Positions 1 through 10,191 of a stretch of DNA of 64,000 bases are shown here, in pieces. The DNA lies in the NCBI GenBank assembly GCA_044223005.1, contig JBGAML010000003.1, positions 96,001-160,000 on the forward strand, written 5' to 3'. Below the pieces are notes generated by a model. That model saw nothing but the letters and a program-made list of their open reading frames with translations, was not told the DNA's origin and did not search any database. How positions within the stretch are numbered: position 1 is the stretch's first letter; each line of letters opens with the position of its first letter. Source of the DNA: Candidatus Eiseniibacteriota bacterium. GTDB taxonomy: Bacteria > Eisenbacteria > RBG-16-71-46. Made by a program: the position numbers and the translations under genes.

Positions 1-2
1 GG

Positions 3-923
3 CCGGAGCAGCCGCCCGTGTGGATCGAATCCGTGATGCCCGTCGGCATGATCGGCCGTCGCGACGTCCGCAGCGAGACCACGCTCACCGTGCCGCGCAA
101 CAGTTCGCTCGAACTGCGGACCTTCGCGGGCCAGATCGCGGTGCAGGCGTGGAACCGCAACACCGTGCGCGTCGTCGCCGAGCATGGCCGGCGCGACCGC
201 CTGGTGCCGCGCTTCGAGAACGGGGCGCTCGTCGTCGAGGTCTCCGACCGGCTCGGCCAGCCCGCCTTCGGCGTCGTGACCGTGCAGGTGCCCGCGTGGC
301 TGCCGGTGCGCGTCTCGAGCGTCGAGAGTCCGATCGACGTCGAAGGCCTGCGGGCGGCGGTCGAGGCGGGATCGATCCGCGGCAACGTGATCGCGCGCCG
401 GGTGCACGGTCCGCTGCAGCTGCGTTCGGTCGAGGGCCTCGTGCGCGTCCAGGACGCGCGCGGCCCGGTGTCCGTGGCGTCGATCAACAACGTCATCCAG
501 CTGGTCCGCGTGCTCGGCCAGATCGACGCCGAGAGCGTCAACGGCGACATCGATCTCGCGGACGTGGAATCGCCCGACGTCGAGGCGAGCAGCGTCAACG
601 GCAGCGTCCAGTTCGCCGGACCCTTCCAGCCGCGCGGCCGCTATCGGTTGGCGTCGCACAGCGGCAACCTCCGGGTCGGCGTCCCCGTAGGCTCGGACGT
701 GGACGTCTCGGTCCGCAACTTCCGCGGCGCCTTCCAGAGCGGCATCCCGCTCCAGGTCGGCCCGCACGGACCCGGGCGCCGCATCACGTTCACGCTCGGG
801 GGCGGGGGCTCGACGCTCGAACTCGAGTCGTTCCAGGGTCTCATCCAGCTGTTGCGCTCGAACGAGCTGCCGGCGCCGCCGCCGCCGCCCCAGCGTCCCG
901 CGCCGCAGGGGGAGGATCGATGA
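3..923 (+). CDS. DUF4097/putative adhesin beta-strand repeat protein (probably 5' partial)
   Basis: Frame is open to the window edge; repeated motifs 'AGSIRGNV', 'AESVNGDI', 'ASSVNGSV', 'LASHSGNL'. Confidence 0.75.
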   Translation, partial: PEQPPVWIESVMPVGMIGRRDVRSETTLTVPRNSSLELRTFAGQIAVQAWNRNTVRVVAEHGRRDRLVPRFENGALVVEVSDRLGQPAFGVVTVQVPAWLPVRVSSVESPIDVEGLRAAVEAGSIRGNVIARRVHGPLQLRSVEGLVRVQDARGPVSVASINNVIQLVRVLGQIDAESVNGDIDLADVESPDVEASSVNGSVQFAGPFQPRGRYRLASHSGNLRVGVPVGSDVDVSVRNFRGAFQSGIPLQVGPHGPGRRITFTLGGGGSTLELESFQGLIQLLRSNELPAPPPPPQRPAPQGEDR

Positions 924-1744
924 AGCGCTTCGACATTCGGGCCCTGCTCGGGCCCGCGCTCCTCGGCGTCATCGGCGCGACGCTGATCGCCGGCGCCAGT
1001 GGCAGCAACGCGTGGGCGGCCGACACCGCCCGGCGCCAGGAGACTTGGAACTGGAGCGGCACGCTCGCCGCGGGCCGCAAGCTCGAGATCCACGGCGTCA
1101 ATGGCGAGATCGTCGCCGAGCCCGGCACGGGAGACCGCGTCGAGGTCGTCGCCGACAAGCACTCGCGCAAGCACGATCCGGCGCTGGTGCGCATCAAGGT
1201 GGTGCAGGATTCCGACGGCATCACGATCTGCGCGATCTACCCGGGCAAGGGTTCGCCCTGCGAGCCCGCGCACTTCTCGCTCTCGGACAAGGCGGACGAC
1301 GTCCAGGTCGACTTCCACGTGAAGCTGCCCGCCGCCGCGCGATTCGAGGCCGACAACGTCAACGGCGCCGTCCGCGTGCACGGGCTCACGGGTCCGCTGC
1401 GCGCCCGCACGGTGAACGGTGCGTGCGAGATCGAGACGTCCGGACCCAGCGACGTCTCCACGGTCAACGGCGCGGTGAACGCCACGCTGACGCGCATCCC
1501 GACCGGTGACGACAACGAGTTCAAGACCGTGAACGGCGGCATCCGGCTCGCGCTTCCCGAGGGCGCCAACGCCGAGTTCCACGCCTCGACCGTGAACGGC
1601 TCCATCTCGTCGGACTTCCCGGTCACGATGAGCGGCCAGTGGGGGCCGCATTCGGCGCACGGCACGCTCGGCCGCGGCGGCCCGCGGCTCGCGGTGAGTA
1701 CCGTGAACGGCGGCATTCGCGTGGTGCGTTCCGGCGTGCAATGA
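920..1744 (+). CDS. DUF4097/putative adhesin family secreted protein
   Basis: GGAGG SD; ATGA overlap with upstream stop; signal peptide MKRFDIRALLG...AWA; repeated 'TVNG' motifs. Confidence 0.8.
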   Translation: MKRFDIRALLGPALLGVIGATLIAGASGSNAWAADTARRQETWNWSGTLAAGRKLEIHGVNGEIVAEPGTGDRVEVVADKHSRKHDPALVRIKVVQDSDGITICAIYPGKGSPCEPAHFSLSDKADDVQVDFHVKLPAAARFEADNVNGAVRVHGLTGPLRARTVNGACEIETSGPSDVSTVNGAVNATLTRIPTGDDNEFKTVNGGIRLALPEGANAEFHASTVNGSISSDFPVTMSGQWGPHSAHGTLGRGGPRLAVSTVNGGIRVVRSGVQ

Positions 1745-1831
1745 CCCGAGGGCGGCCGGAGGCGTGATACGCTTCCGGCCGCCGCGCGGCGTCCCGGCTT
1801 CCGGACCGCGCATCGATCCCGGAGACCTCGT

Positions 1832-2326
1832 TTGCGCCGCTTGCCCGTCCATGCGCTCGCCGCCCTCGGCTTCGCCGCCTTCGCGGTGATCGCCGCTCCC
1901 GCGCTCGCCGCGCGCACGAGTGCTCCGCCTTCCGACACGCCGCCGTCGTCGCGCTTCACCTGAGCGCCGTACGCGGTCCCGTCGGGGCCGGTCGTCGATT
2001 CCGACTTCGCGCTCTTCCACATGCAGCGCGCGCTCTGGGATCCCGTGGATCCCACGCAGGTCGGCTCGCTCGCCGATTCGCTGCACTGGCGCGTGAACGG
2101 CGAGGTCTACCGGTTCGCCAGCGAACGCAACCTGCGCCGCTTCATGGAGGCGCCCGAGCTCTGGTGCGGGTTGCTGCGCGATCCCGTCACGGGCGAGCGC
2201 TTCTGGCCGTCGGCGCACTCGCCCGAGGCCTTCTGGGTCGGCGGCCCGTACTTCTTCGCGAGCGATTCGACCAAGCGGAAGTTCGTCGACGACCCCAAGC
2301 GCTACGAGGTCGTGCGCGCGCTCTGA
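1832..2326 (+). CDS. Secreted YHS-domain protein, candidate selenoprotein (in-frame TGA at 1961-1963); minimal ORF 2021..2326
   Basis: GGAG at 1821-1824, TTG at 1832, signal peptide MRRLPVHALAALGFAAFAVIAAPALA; same frame as two YHS-like repeats (DPVD...YRFASERNLRRFMEAP; DPVTG...YFFASDSTKRKFVDDPKRY); ATG 2021 has no SD. Confidence 0.65.
1961..1990 (+). promoter_or_regulatory. Candidate bacterial SECIS element
   Basis: TGA, a 10-nt spacer, then stem CGGTCCC/GGGGCCG (1974-1990) with a G-initiated loop GTC. Confidence 0.55.
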
Positions 2327-2348
2327 TCACCCGCCCGGCGGAGGCCCC

Positions 2349-2855
2349 ATGGAAACCGACGAGCTGAAGGCGTTCTTCGCGACGTGGGATCACGAGGCGG
2401 CCAAGGCCGCAGCGCTGATCCGCGCCATTCCGGAGGACCGGTACGATTTCCGTCCCGATCCCGCGGGCCGCTCGCTCGGCGAGCTGGCGTGGCACCTCGC
2501 CGAGGGCGACGCGTACATGTCCCTGCTCGCCGCGCGCGGATCGTGGACGCCGGGCGAGAAGCCGCCGGGCGTCGAACGGCCGCGCACGGTCGCGGAGCTC
2601 GCACCCGGGTTCGAGCGCGTGCACGCGGAGGCCCGCGCGCGGCTCGCGCACCTGGCGAGCGCCGATCTCGCGCGCGAGATCGCGACGCCGGGCGGGCATG
2701 CGAAGAGCGTGAGCCGCGTCCTGTGGGAGATGGTGCTCTACCACCTGATCCACCATCGCGGGCAGCTCTCGCTCATGGTCCGGCTCGCCGGCGGGATCGC
2801 CCCGGGCATGTACGGGCCGAACCGCGAGGCGACGGCGGCGATGAAGCAGGGCTGA
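2349..2855 (+). CDS. DinB/YfiT family protein
   Basis: 'RSLGELAWHL' and 'HLIHHRGQLSLMVRLAG...PGMYGP' motifs; GGAGG SD. Confidence 0.85.
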   Translation: METDELKAFFATWDHEAAKAAALIRAIPEDRYDFRPDPAGRSLGELAWHLAEGDAYMSLLAARGSWTPGEKPPGVERPRTVAELAPGFERVHAEARARLAHLASADLAREIATPGGHAKSVSRVLWEMVLYHLIHHRGQLSLMVRLAGGIAPGMYGPNREATAAMKQG

Positions 2856-2910
2856 AACGCGGCGCGCGACGGACCGCCGGTCCGCCGCGCGTCTCGTCCG
2901 CTCCGTCCGC

Positions 2911-3792
2911 TCAATCCAGCGCGAAGAACTCCTGTGACGGCGGCGGCGGCGTGCCGACCAGGATCGGCAGCACCCACGTGCGCGAGTCCGCCGGCGAGGC
3001 CGCGTCGGCGAGCGTGCGGCCCGAGTAGACCGTGACGCCGATCTGCGCGAGGCCCGTACCGTCGACGCGCACCGTCGCCTCGGCGTGCGAGGCGTCGCGC
3101 CGGCGCGCGGCCACCCGCTGGTCGCCCACGAACACGCACACCGCCGCGTCCGCGGCGAGCCCGCCGACGAACACGCGCACGCTGTCGCCCGGCGCGGTGA
3201 CCGCGCAGTTGCCCGGCTGCACGGCCAGCTCGTCGAGGTCCGACAGCACGCTGAGGAACCCGCCGCTCACCGCGTGCGTGTGCAGGTTGACGAGCGGCAG
3301 CGCCGCCGAGGACGCCGGCGTCGTGCCGACCAGCGCGCTCACCGAGCCAACGCGCCACGCGGTCTCGCCGCCCGCGCCGGCCGGCACGCGACGCAGCTCG
3401 ACCTGGCGCACGCACGAATCGCGCAGCGCCTTGCGCACGATCTGGTCGCGGCCGCGGGCGTTGCGCTCGCGAATCTCGAGCGCACCCTCGACCCAGCGCT
3501 GGATCGTCACGGTGGCGCGCGTCGGCCGGCCGGACGCATCGGCGCCGCCGAACGCGAACCGGAGCGACGGCGGGCTCGCGTGCAGGCGCTGCGTCACGCG
3601 CTGCGTCCCGAACGTGGCGGGTTCGCCCGCGGAGCTGAACGGGTCGGCGAGCAGGCCGGTGCGGCCGAGCACGCCCTCGATGGCGGCCCGGTCGGCGCCG
3701 TCGGCGGCAGTGGCGAACGCGTGCGGCGCGCGGACCCCGGAGAACGCGAGCGCGAGCACGAGCAGGTGAAGGGCGATCCGGCGGGACGACAT
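2911..3792 (-). CDS. Hypothetical secreted protein
   Basis: GGAGG SD; signal peptide ending AFA; no family recognised. Confidence 0.6.
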   Translation of the reverse strand: MSSRRIALHLLVLALAFSGVRAPHAFATAADGADRAAIEGVLGRTGLLADPFSSAGEPATFGTQRVTQRLHASPPSLRFAFGGADASGRPTRATVTIQRWVEGALEIRERNARGRDQIVRKALRDSCVRQVELRRVPAGAGGETAWRVGSVSALVGTTPASSAALPLVNLHTHAVSGGFLSVLSDLDELAVQPGNCAVTAPGDSVRVFVGGLAADAAVCVFVGDQRVAARRRDASHAEATVRVDGTGLAQIGVTVYSGRTLADAASPADSRTWVLPILVGTPPPPSQEFFALD

Positions 3793-4073
3793 GGTGCGAG
3801 CCTCCGTGCCATGCGGGTAGTACGGGCCCGGTGCGTCCGGGCCGCGGGAGAGGGGTCCACGGCCTGAGCAGTCGACGTGCCCGGCGGCGCCCGACGCAGG
3901 CGCGGGGTTTTGCGCGGCCCGGGCCGCCCTCGAGCACGCGGGAACGCACGATCCCGCGCGCGCCGCCGTGCACCGCGCACGGTCGCCTGGCTTTGGCCGC
4001 CCCTCGCGCGCTCTGCTATAAGTCCGCGCGCACGCGGCGCGGCGCCCACCGCGCCCTCCGCTCCCGGGGGCCC

Positions 4074-5681
4074 ATGGAACGCATCGAGTCCCACCTCGAC
4101 CCGTCGTCCGACGACTTCAAGGCCAACGCCGCCCACCACGCCGCGCTCGCGGCCGACCTGCGCCAGCGACTCGCGGGCGTGACGCGCGGCGGCGGCGCCG
4201 ACGCGGTCGCGCGCCACAAGTCCCGCGGCAAGCTCTTCGTGCGCGAGCGCATCGAGCGGCTGCTCGATCCGGGAACGCCGTTCCTCGAACTTTCGCCGCT
4301 CGCGGCCGACGGCGTGTACGGCGACGACGTGCCCTCCGCGGGCATCGTCACCGGCGTCGGGTCCGTGCACGGCCGCCACGTGATGGTGGTCGCCAACGAC
4401 GCCACGGTGAAGGGCGGCACGTACCTGCCGCTCACCGTCAAGAAGCACGTGCGGGCGCAGGAGGTCGCGCTCGAGAACCGGCTGCCGTGCGTCTACCTCG
4501 TCGACTCGGGCGGCGCGTTCCTGCCGCTGCAGGCCGAGGTGTTCCCCGATCGCGATCACTTCGGGCGCATCTTCTACAACCAGGCGCGCATGTCCGCGCT
4601 CGGGATCCCGCAGATCGCCGTGGTGATGGGCTCGTGCACGGCGGGCGGCGCCTACGTGCCCGCCATGAGCGACGAGACGGTGATCGTCAAGAACCAGGGC
4701 ACGATCTTCCTCGGCGGCCCGCCGCTCGTGAAGGCCGCCACCGGAGAAGAGGTGACGGCCGAGGAACTGGGCGGGGGCGACGTCCACACGCGCATCTCGG
4801 GCGTGGCGGACCATCTCGCCGACGACGACACCGACGCGCTCGAGCGCGCGAGGGAGATCGTCGCGCACCTGGGCGCGGCCTCGCGCGCGCGGCTCGACCT
4901 GCGCGAGCCCGAGCCGCCGGCCTACGACGTCGAGGAGCTCTACGGCGTGCTGCCGCAGGACCTGCGCACACCGGTCGATCCGCGCGAGATCATCGCCCGG
5001 CTCGTGGACGGCTCGCGCTTCCACGAGTTCAAGGCCCGCTACGGCACCACGCTCGTCACCGGCTTCGCGCACCTGCACGGCATGCCGGTCGCGATCCTCG
5101 CGAACCACGGCATCCTGTTCAGCGAGTCCGCGCTCAAGGGGACGCACTTCATCGAGCTCGCCTCGCAGCGCGGCGTGCCGCTGCTCTTCCTGCAGAACAT
5201 CACCGGGTTCATGGTCGGCAAGGCCTACGAGCACGGTGGCATCGCGAAGGACGGCGCCAAGCTGGTGCACGCGGTCGCCAACGCGCCGGTGCCGCGGCTC
5301 ACGCTCGTCACCGGCGGCAGCTTCGGCGCCGGCAACTACGGCATGTGCGGACGCGCCTACCAGCCGCGGTTCCTGTTCATGTGGCCCAACAGCCGCATCA
5401 GCGTGATGGGCGGCGAGCAGGCGGCGAGCGTGCTCGTGCAGGTGAAGCGCGCGCAGCTCGAGGCCGCGGGCAAGCAGCTCTCGGCCGCCGAGGAAGCCGC
5501 GATCCGGCAGCCCGTGCTCGACAAGTACGAGCAGGAGGGCAGCCCGTACTATTCGAGCGCCCGGCTCTGGGACGACGGCGTCATCGATCCCGCCCAGACG
5601 CGCGACGTGCTCGCGCTGGCGCTGTCGGCGAGCCTCAACGCGCCGATCCCGGAGATGCGCTTCGGCGTGTTCCGCATGTAG
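4074..5681 (+). CDS. liuB: 3-methylcrotonyl-CoA carboxylase beta (carboxyltransferase) subunit
   Basis: '[10 protein letters not shown]', '[16 protein letters not shown]', '[11 protein letters not shown]', C-terminal 'FGVFRM'. Confidence 0.9.
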   Translation: MERIESHLDPSSDDFKANAAHHAALAADLRQRLAGVTRGGGADAVARHKSRGKLFVRERIERLLDPGTPFLELSPLAADGVYGDDVPSAGIVTGVGSVHGRHVMVVANDATVKGGTYLPLTVKKHVRAQEVALENRLPCVYLVDSGGAFLPLQAEVFPDRDHFGRIFYNQARMSALGIPQIAVVMGSCTAGGAYVPAMSDETVIVKNQGTIFLGGPPLVKAATGEEVTAEELGGGDVHTRISGVADHLADDDTDALERAREIVAHLGAASRARLDLREPEPPAYDVEELYGVLPQDLRTPVDPREIIARLVDGSRFHEFKARYGTTLVTGFAHLHGMPVAILANHGILFSESALKGTHFIELASQRGVPLLFLQNITGFMVGKAYEHGGIAKDGAKLVHAVANAPVPRLTLVTGGSFGAGNYGMCGRAYQPRFLFMWPNSRISVMGGEQAASVLVQVKRAQLEAAGKQLSAAEEAAIRQPVLDKYEQEGSPYYSSARLWDDGVIDPAQTRDVLALALSASLNAPIPEMRFGVFRM

Positions 5682-5996
5682 CGCTCTCGCGCGCGCCCGG
5701 CTCCACCAGCGGGCGCGGCGAGGGTGCCGGTTCGGTCCTGCTGCGCGTGCGTTTCGCACGATGCTGCCCGCCGGCGCGATTCGCCGCGGAATTTCGCGAA
5801 AGCCCCTGCTCCGGGCCCTCGGCCATGGTCTACAATCGTGACGCTCGGCGTCGTCGGTTCACCCCTCCCGGACGGCCGCCGAGCTTCGTCGTACGCCTCG
5901 CGCCCCCCGCGCGCCTGCCCGCGCTCACGGCGTCCCGTATCCCTTCGGCCGCGCGCCCGCCCCCATCGGGTCGTGCTTTTCGTCTCGGAGAACATC

Positions 5997-8900
5997 GTGC
6001 CTCGCCCGATCCGAATCCCCCTGCCGTCTCTTCTCGCCATTCTGTTCGTGAGCCTCGTCCTGCCCGCACGGGCGGCGGCTCCCATTCCCAACGATGTTCC
6101 GGTGCGCAAGGCGACGAGCACCGGCGTCGTCGGGTTCTCCGAACGCGTCAGCGACATCATGCGGCGCCAGGCCGTGGAGGACGCGGCCGGTGAGCGTCCC
6201 GAGCGCGATGCGGAGGAGAAGGAGAACGATCGCATCGGGCCGTTCCGTACGAACCTCCCCGTGAATGCGGGTTCGCCCGACGCGGAAGTGTTCGGCACGA
6301 TGATCCCCGGCGGCCGCGCGGCATCGCCGCTCGCGGCGAACCAGGTGCTGAGCCCGCAGCCGATCGGCGTCAACGTCACGACCGCGACGCTCTCGGGCAC
6401 CTACCCGACGCTCTCGTTCCCGCCGGACAACATGGGCGCGGTCGGTCCGACGCAGTTCCTCGTGTTCGTGAACGGCCGCCTGCTCAGCCTGAACAAGGCG
6501 ACCGGCGCGCCGGACGGCGTCCTGAACGCCGACCCCGACGTGTTCTTCAACTCGGTCCTCAACGGTTCGTCGACGAGCGACCCGCGCGTGCGCTACGACC
6601 GGCTCACGGGGCGCTGGTTCCTCGTCATCATCAACGTCTCGACGCCGAATCGCGTCCTGCTCGCCGTCAGTGACGCCACGAGCAACGGCATCCTGACGGG
6701 TGCCACGACCTGGACGTTCTTCTACATCCCGATCGACACGACGCCGCCCACGATCTCGTCGGGCTGCCTCGCGGACTACCCCACGCTCGGCATCGACGCG
6801 AACGCGCTCTACATCGGCACCAACGACTTCTGCAGCGGCGCGACCACGTACAACGGCACCGACCTGTACGTGATCCGCAAGACCTCGATCATGGGCGCGG
6901 GCCCCATCGTGGTGACCGCCTTCCGCCAGTTGGCCACGGCCAGCGGCGCCGGTCCGTACACGCCTCAGGGCGTGGACAACTACGACCCGAACGCGACCGA
7001 GGGCTACGTCATCGGCATCGACAACGCCTCGTTCGGCCTGCTGCAGATGCGCCGGATCACGAATCCCGGCGGCACGCCGTCGATCTCGGCCAACATCCCG
7101 ATCACCGTGTCGACGTGGCTCTATCCGCCCAACTCGCCGCACCTCGGCAACACGCGTTCGTCGGCCGGCTACCTCAGCAGCGTCGACGACCGCCTGTTCG
7201 CGGCGCACATCCGCAACGGCCAGCTCTGGACCGCGCACAACGTCGGCACCACCAACGCCGGTGCCGGCACGGGGACCGCATCGCGCGCCGGCGTGCGCTG
7301 GTACCAGCTGAACGTGCCCGCGGGAAGCGGCACGCCGACGGTCGTGCAGTCGGGACTCGTCTACACCGCGAGCGCCTCCAACACCACCGACCAGCGGAAC
7401 TTCATCATTCCGTCGATCATGGTGTCGGGGCAGGGGCACGCGGCCGCGACGTTCACCACCGCCGGCACCAGCGAGTACGCCAACGCGGGCGTGTTCGGCC
7501 GCTACGCGTCGGATGCCGCCGGGACGATGCAGGCGACGACGCTGCTGACGGCGGCGACGACCGCCTACAACCCGCCGAGCGACCCCGGCCAGACCGGCGT
7601 GGGGCGCCGCTGGGGTGACTACACGTACGTGAGCCTCGATCCGCTCGACGACATGACGATGTGGACGGTCAGCCAGTTCACCAACGCGACGAACTCCTAC
7701 GGCGTCCGCGTGGCGCAGCTGCTCGCGCCGCCGCCGGCGACGCCCGCGACGCTCGCCGACGTCACGGCGGGTCAGGCGTCGGTGACGCTGACGCTGACCG
7801 GGACGTCCGTGTCGAACTCGGGCTTCTACGATCCGGGTGCGAACCCGCCCGCGGGCCGGCCGTTCAACCACCTGTCGGCCGCCGTCTCCAACGGCACGGC
7901 GACCGGTACGCCGCCCAGCGTGGTGTCGGCCACGTACCTGACGCCGACCACGGTGCAGCTCGTGCTCAACGCCTCGAGCGCGACGCCCAACGTCGGCGCC
8001 GAGAAGTACACCGTCACGATCACCAACCCGGACGGCCAGACGGCCGCGGCGGCGATCGTGCACGTGGTGAGCGGCGTCGCGCCGGTCGCGACGATCGGCA
8101 CCGGCCCGACGACCACCGAGGGCGATGCCGGCACCAAGTCCTTCGACTTCCCGGTCACGCTGTCGGCCGCCTCCGGCTCGCCGGTGATCGTGCGCTGGCA
8201 GACGGCGAACGGCTCGGCCACCGTCGCGGACGGCGACTACGCCGCCGCGAACGACTCGATCACGATCGCCGCGGGCGCCACCACCGGGACGATCCACGTG
8301 CTCGTGAACGGTGACACCAAGCACGAGTCCGACGAGACGTTCACGGTCACGTTGACCAGTGCCTCCGGCGCGACGCTCGGCGCCTCCGTGAGCGCGACGG
8401 GCACGATCCAGAACGACGATGCCGTGCCCACGCTCGAGATCGCCCTCTCGGCCTCGACCGCCGAAGGCGACGCGGGCACGACGGCGTTGCCCTTCGCGGT
8501 GACGCTGTCGAACCCCACCGACCAGGTCGTGACCGCGAGCTGGGCGACCTCGGACAACACCGCGACGGTCGCCGACAACGACTACGAGGCCGGCAGCGGC
8601 ACGGTGACGATCCCGGCGGGCACGACCTCGGGCAGCGTGAGCGTGAACGTCGTGGGCGACGTCACGTTCGAGTCGAACGAATCGTTCGGGGTCACGCTGA
8701 GCGCGCCGTCGAACGCGACGCTCGGCAACGCCGTCGCGACGGGCACGATCACCAACGACGACGCGATGCCGACCCTGTCGGTGGACGACGTGACCCACCT
8801 CGAGGGCAACTCCGGCACGACGCTCCACCAGTTCACGGTCTCGCTCTCGGCGGCGAGCGGCGTCCTCGCTTCGGTCGACATCGCGACCGCGGACGGCACG

Positions 8901-10055
8901 GCGATCGTCGCGGACGGCGACTACGCCGCGGCGAACGCCGAGCTCACCTTCCCGCCGGGCACCACCACGAAGACGTTCGACGTGCTGGTGAACGGCGACA
9001 CCGTGCTCGAGGCGGACGAAGCCTTCGCCGTGAACCTCACGAACCCGGTGAGCGCGACGATCGCCCGTGCAAGCGGTACCGGCACCATCACCAACGACGA
9101 CGCGACGCCGTTGATCACCCTCGATGGCGCCTCCGTGGCCGAGGGCAACACCGGCACGACGCCGCTCACCTTCACCGTGCACCTCTCGAGCGCGTCGGCC
9201 ACCCCGGTGACCGCGCACTGGCAGGCGGAGGACGGCACCGCGACCTCGGCCGGCGCCGACTACGTCGCGGCGAGCGGTACGGTGACGATTCCCGCGCTGG
9301 CCCTGTCGGCGCCCATCGTCGTGCAGGCGGTCGGTGACAGCTGCGGCGAGGCGGACGAGACGTTCTCGGTGGCGCTCTCGAGCCCCTCCGGCGCGGCGAT
9401 CCAGGCGGGCACCGCGACGGGCACGATCCTCAACGACGACGACACCACGGCGCCCACGGCCACGGTGCTGTCGCCGGACGGCGGCGAGGCCCTGGAGGTG
9501 GCGTCGACGACCTTCGTCACCTGGTCCGCGTCGGACAACGGCGCGGTCTCGGGCGTCGACGTGCTGCTCTCGCGCGACGGCGGGGCGACGTATCCCGAGG
9601 TGCTCGCGTCCGGCCTGCCGAACACGGGCTCGTTCGAGTGGACCGTGACCGCGCCGGCGACGGCCACCGCCATGGTGCAGGTGAAGGCCCACGACGCGAA
9701 CTGCAACATCGGCAGCGACGTGAGCAACGCCGTGTTCGAGATCGTCGACCACGTGACGGGTGTCGAGAACGGCGTCGTGACGTCGTTCGCGCTCGGCGCC
9801 GTGCAGCCGAATCCCTCGCGCGGCGCGGTGACGTTCGCGTACCAGAACCCGGTCGACACGCGCGTGCGACTCTCGGTCGTCGACGTCATGGGACGCGAGA
9901 TCGTCGTGCTGGTCGACGGTACGGTCACGAAGGGCCGTCACGCCGCCACGTGGTCGGGCGCGACGTCGTCCGGCCAGGCCGCGCGCGGGCTCTACTTCGT
10001 GCGCTACGTCGCGGGTGGCAAGACGTTCAGCCATCGCTTCGCCCTCGTGCACTGA
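5997..10055 (+). CDS. Large secreted protein with four Calx-beta repeats and a C-terminal FlgD/Ig-like domain
   Basis: GGAG SD + GTG; signal peptide; repeats beginning EGDAGT/EGNSGT/EGNTGT and ending 'GTI.NDD'; C-terminal 'QPNPSRG...GLYFVRY'. Confidence 0.85.
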   Translation: MPRPIRIPLPSLLAILFVSLVLPARAAAPIPNDVPVRKATSTGVVGFSERVSDIMRRQAVEDAAGERPERDAEEKENDRIGPFRTNLPVNAGSPDAEVFGTMIPGGRAASPLAANQVLSPQPIGVNVTTATLSGTYPTLSFPPDNMGAVGPTQFLVFVNGRLLSLNKATGAPDGVLNADPDVFFNSVLNGSSTSDPRVRYDRLTGRWFLVIINVSTPNRVLLAVSDATSNGILTGATTWTFFYIPIDTTPPTISSGCLADYPTLGIDANALYIGTNDFCSGATTYNGTDLYVIRKTSIMGAGPIVVTAFRQLATASGAGPYTPQGVDNYDPNATEGYVIGIDNASFGLLQMRRITNPGGTPSISANIPITVSTWLYPPNSPHLGNTRSSAGYLSSVDDRLFAAHIRNGQLWTAHNVGTTNAGAGTGTASRAGVRWYQLNVPAGSGTPTVVQSGLVYTASASNTTDQRNFIIPSIMVSGQGHAAATFTTAGTSEYANAGVFGRYASDAAGTMQATTLLTAATTAYNPPSDPGQTGVGRRWGDYTYVSLDPLDDMTMWTVSQFTNATNSYGVRVAQLLAPPPATPATLADVTAGQASVTLTLTGTSVSNSGFYDPGANPPAGRPFNHLSAAVSNGTATGTPPSVVSATYLTPTTVQLVLNASSATPNVGAEKYTVTITNPDGQTAAAAIVHVVSGVAPVATIGTGPTTTEGDAGTKSFDFPVTLSAASGSPVIVRWQTANGSATVADGDYAAANDSITIAAGATTGTIHVLVNGDTKHESDETFTVTLTSASGATLGASVSATGTIQNDDAVPTLEIALSASTAEGDAGTTALPFAVTLSNPTDQVVTASWATSDNTATVADNDYEAGSGTVTIPAGTTSGSVSVNVVGDVTFESNESFGVTLSAPSNATLGNAVATGTITNDDAMPTLSVDDVTHLEGNSGTTLHQFTVSLSAASGVLASVDIATADGTAIVADGDYAAANAELTFPPGTTTKTFDVLVNGDTVLEADEAFAVNLTNPVSATIARASGTGTITNDDATPLITLDGASVAEGNTGTTPLTFTVHLSSASATPVTAHWQAEDGTATSAGADYVAASGTVTIPALALSAPIVVQAVGDSCGEADETFSVALSSPSGAAIQAGTATGTILNDDDTTAPTATVLSPDGGEALEVASTTFVTWSASDNGAVSGVDVLLSRDGGATYPEVLASGLPNTGSFEWTVTAPATATAMVQVKAHDANCNIGSDVSNAVFEIVDHVTGVENGVVTSFALGAVQPNPSRGAVTFAYQNPVDTRVRLSVVDVMGREIVVLVDGTVTKGRHAATWSGATSSGQAARGLYFVRYVAGGKTFSHRFALVH
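8100..9440 (+). repeat. Four tandem Calx-beta coding repeats (approximate limits)
   Basis: Recurrent EG(D/N)xGT ... ADxDY ... E.DETF.V.L ... GTI.NDD units. Confidence 0.75.
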
Positions 10056-10072
10056 GTTCGATCGTACGACAC

Positions 10073-10102
10073 GAACGGGCGGGCCTCCGGGTCCGCCCGT
10101 TC
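10073..10102 (+). terminator. Hairpin after the Calx-beta gene, probable terminator
   Basis: GAACGGGCGGGCC...GGTCCGCCCGTTC inverted repeat; weak U tract. Confidence 0.5.
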
Positions 10103-10191
10103 CGCGTTTCGAGCCGCCGCGCGCCGCGCGCCACGACCGTGTACCGTGCGCGCATGCTCGCGCTCGCCTTCGCGCCGGACCGGCTCCCTGC

